From positions 1 to 64,000 of the forward strand of contig NW_026863698.1 in assembly GCF_026571515.1 (NCBI RefSeq): 64,000 bases of DNA, read 5' to 3'. Below the pieces are notes generated by a model, which was not told where the DNA came from, searched no databases, and saw only the letters and a program-made list of their open reading frames with translations. Of the stretch, positions 62,650 through 64,000 are shown piece after piece. The first letter of the stretch is position 1, and the number at the start of each line of letters is the position of its first letter. The translations under genes were made by a program, and so were the position numbers. The stretch is from Ruditapes philippinarum (taxonomy: Eukaryota).

Positions 62650-64000
62650 ATTTCTTTGATTCTTGTCCAATCATATAAGATTTAAGGGTTATGCAACACG
62701 TTTACTCATTTTAATTGATTGCTACTGCCCCAAGTATTAAAGTTGTTGCTTTGGAAAACGAACTTTTTTAAAATCGGCAAGAAAACACGGCGCCTCTTCA
62801 GTTCTTTTTTTTTTTTCAATAATTTTTAACCTTGTAGTCAATTTAGATAGAAAACCAGAAAATAGTTCCTAAATATTAAATGAAAAAGTTGGTATATCTT
62901 GCGTAAATTCAGAGTCGGGAAAATATACCGAGGAAACTCGTGACCGTAACACATTTAAATTCTTACCACCGTTTAAACAATTTTCATAAATGAATTTTAG
63001 AAAGAAATTTAAGCATAAGATTATCGTCTTTAAAATGAATCATCATCAAGTATATTTATAATTATAAATTGAAAAAATAAATACATGTAATTACAATCTA
63101 AAAATAACTTTTCTTTACAACATGTTAGCATGGAAAATTGTTTAACTGATTCCGGATAGGAATCACGGCTCCAATTTAAATACTTATCTATAAATCAAAT
63201 TTATTTAAAACTTAATCTTATAAATTTTAAGTTGACACAAAGAATTTAAGTAAGGAAGAAACAGAACTGCGCAGTGTCAACATTTCCGAACTGTATATTG
63301 GTTAGTGTACCGGTGTCGGCGTTGTGGAATAGTTGACACGTAACGTTTCAAAAATAAATACATGGTTGAATATATTTTCTATACCGGATCAAAAACTTTT
63401 CTGGAACATCGCTTAAACAACACCCAAATATCCAGGCCATTACGGCATGCTATGATTATAGTCTTTTATTACACGGATAAATGGTACATGTACACGCAGA
63501 CAAACGAAAAATGGGCGCTCGGAGTAACGAGTTTTACTTTTCTGAAAACTGTTGAGGAATGAAAAATTAACGCAAGAATTTACCATTTGAATTCAAAAAA
63601 TCTTTCATAGCGTAATGCACGTTTGGAAAACAAAACTTTCCTAGGCAAGGAGTTGCTGTTTTTAATACGCAGCAAGTTGTAACTAACAAAATTATTCTAA
63701 CATAGATAATACTACAGAGTGGTGACAATATAAATTTTAATGAAATACAGTATTTGTTTATCCTTTAATAAACATGTTTATTAAAGGCCCATTATGCCTC
63801 AGAAAAAGAGGTCTAAATTAAAAGTTTCTCCGCATCATTTTAAAGATTTCAATCAATTAGAAAAAATAGTTAAAGATTATTTCCTGGCAATTTATTTTAA
63901 TGTAGCAATAAATATAAATAATAATAACAAGATTAAAGAATAATAAGCACTGTTTAACAGTTTTTCATATTTTTTTTTGCCACGCAAAAAAAAATGACAA

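Noticed and set aside
59830-64000. Short ORFs, local palindromes (59834-59885) and TTAA-GG starts
   Set aside because: No paired termini or recognisable coding signal apart from the MITE at 62191-62649.

Overview
AT-rich eukaryotic genomic DNA with GT-AG introns. The SINE and satellite-bearing element families point to a bivalve mollusc (inference). The window is almost entirely mobile DNA. (1) 1-11811 is the right-hand part of a decaying Polinton/Maverick (adintovirus-like) element ending in ...ACACTACT. It carries a protein-primed family B DNA polymerase split by a spliceosomal intron inside motif B, a multi-exon PC4-like/polyglutamine gene, a truncated integrase, a Cys/His-motif ORF, a single-BIR IAP and two paralogous Trp-rich orphan ORFs. 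A second PC4/Gln-rich paralogue lies just outside the terminus. (2) Two related PIF/Harbinger transposons lie in tandem. 14651-22966 has both genes apparently intact; 23374-34846 is pseudogenised. Each has a HARBI1-like nuclease and a convergent multi-exon Myb/SANT gene, plus nested insertions. (3) There are many non-autonomous Helentron/pearl-like elements with internal 130-172 bp tandem arrays, tRNA-derived SINEs, hAT, MULE and Kolobok-type MITEs, and Tigger and Gypsy relics. (4) The only recognisable host gene is exon 1 of DDOST (OST48/Wbp1) at 52531-52672; the rest of the window appears to be its TE-filled first intron. All gene models were spliced by eye and no database searches were run.
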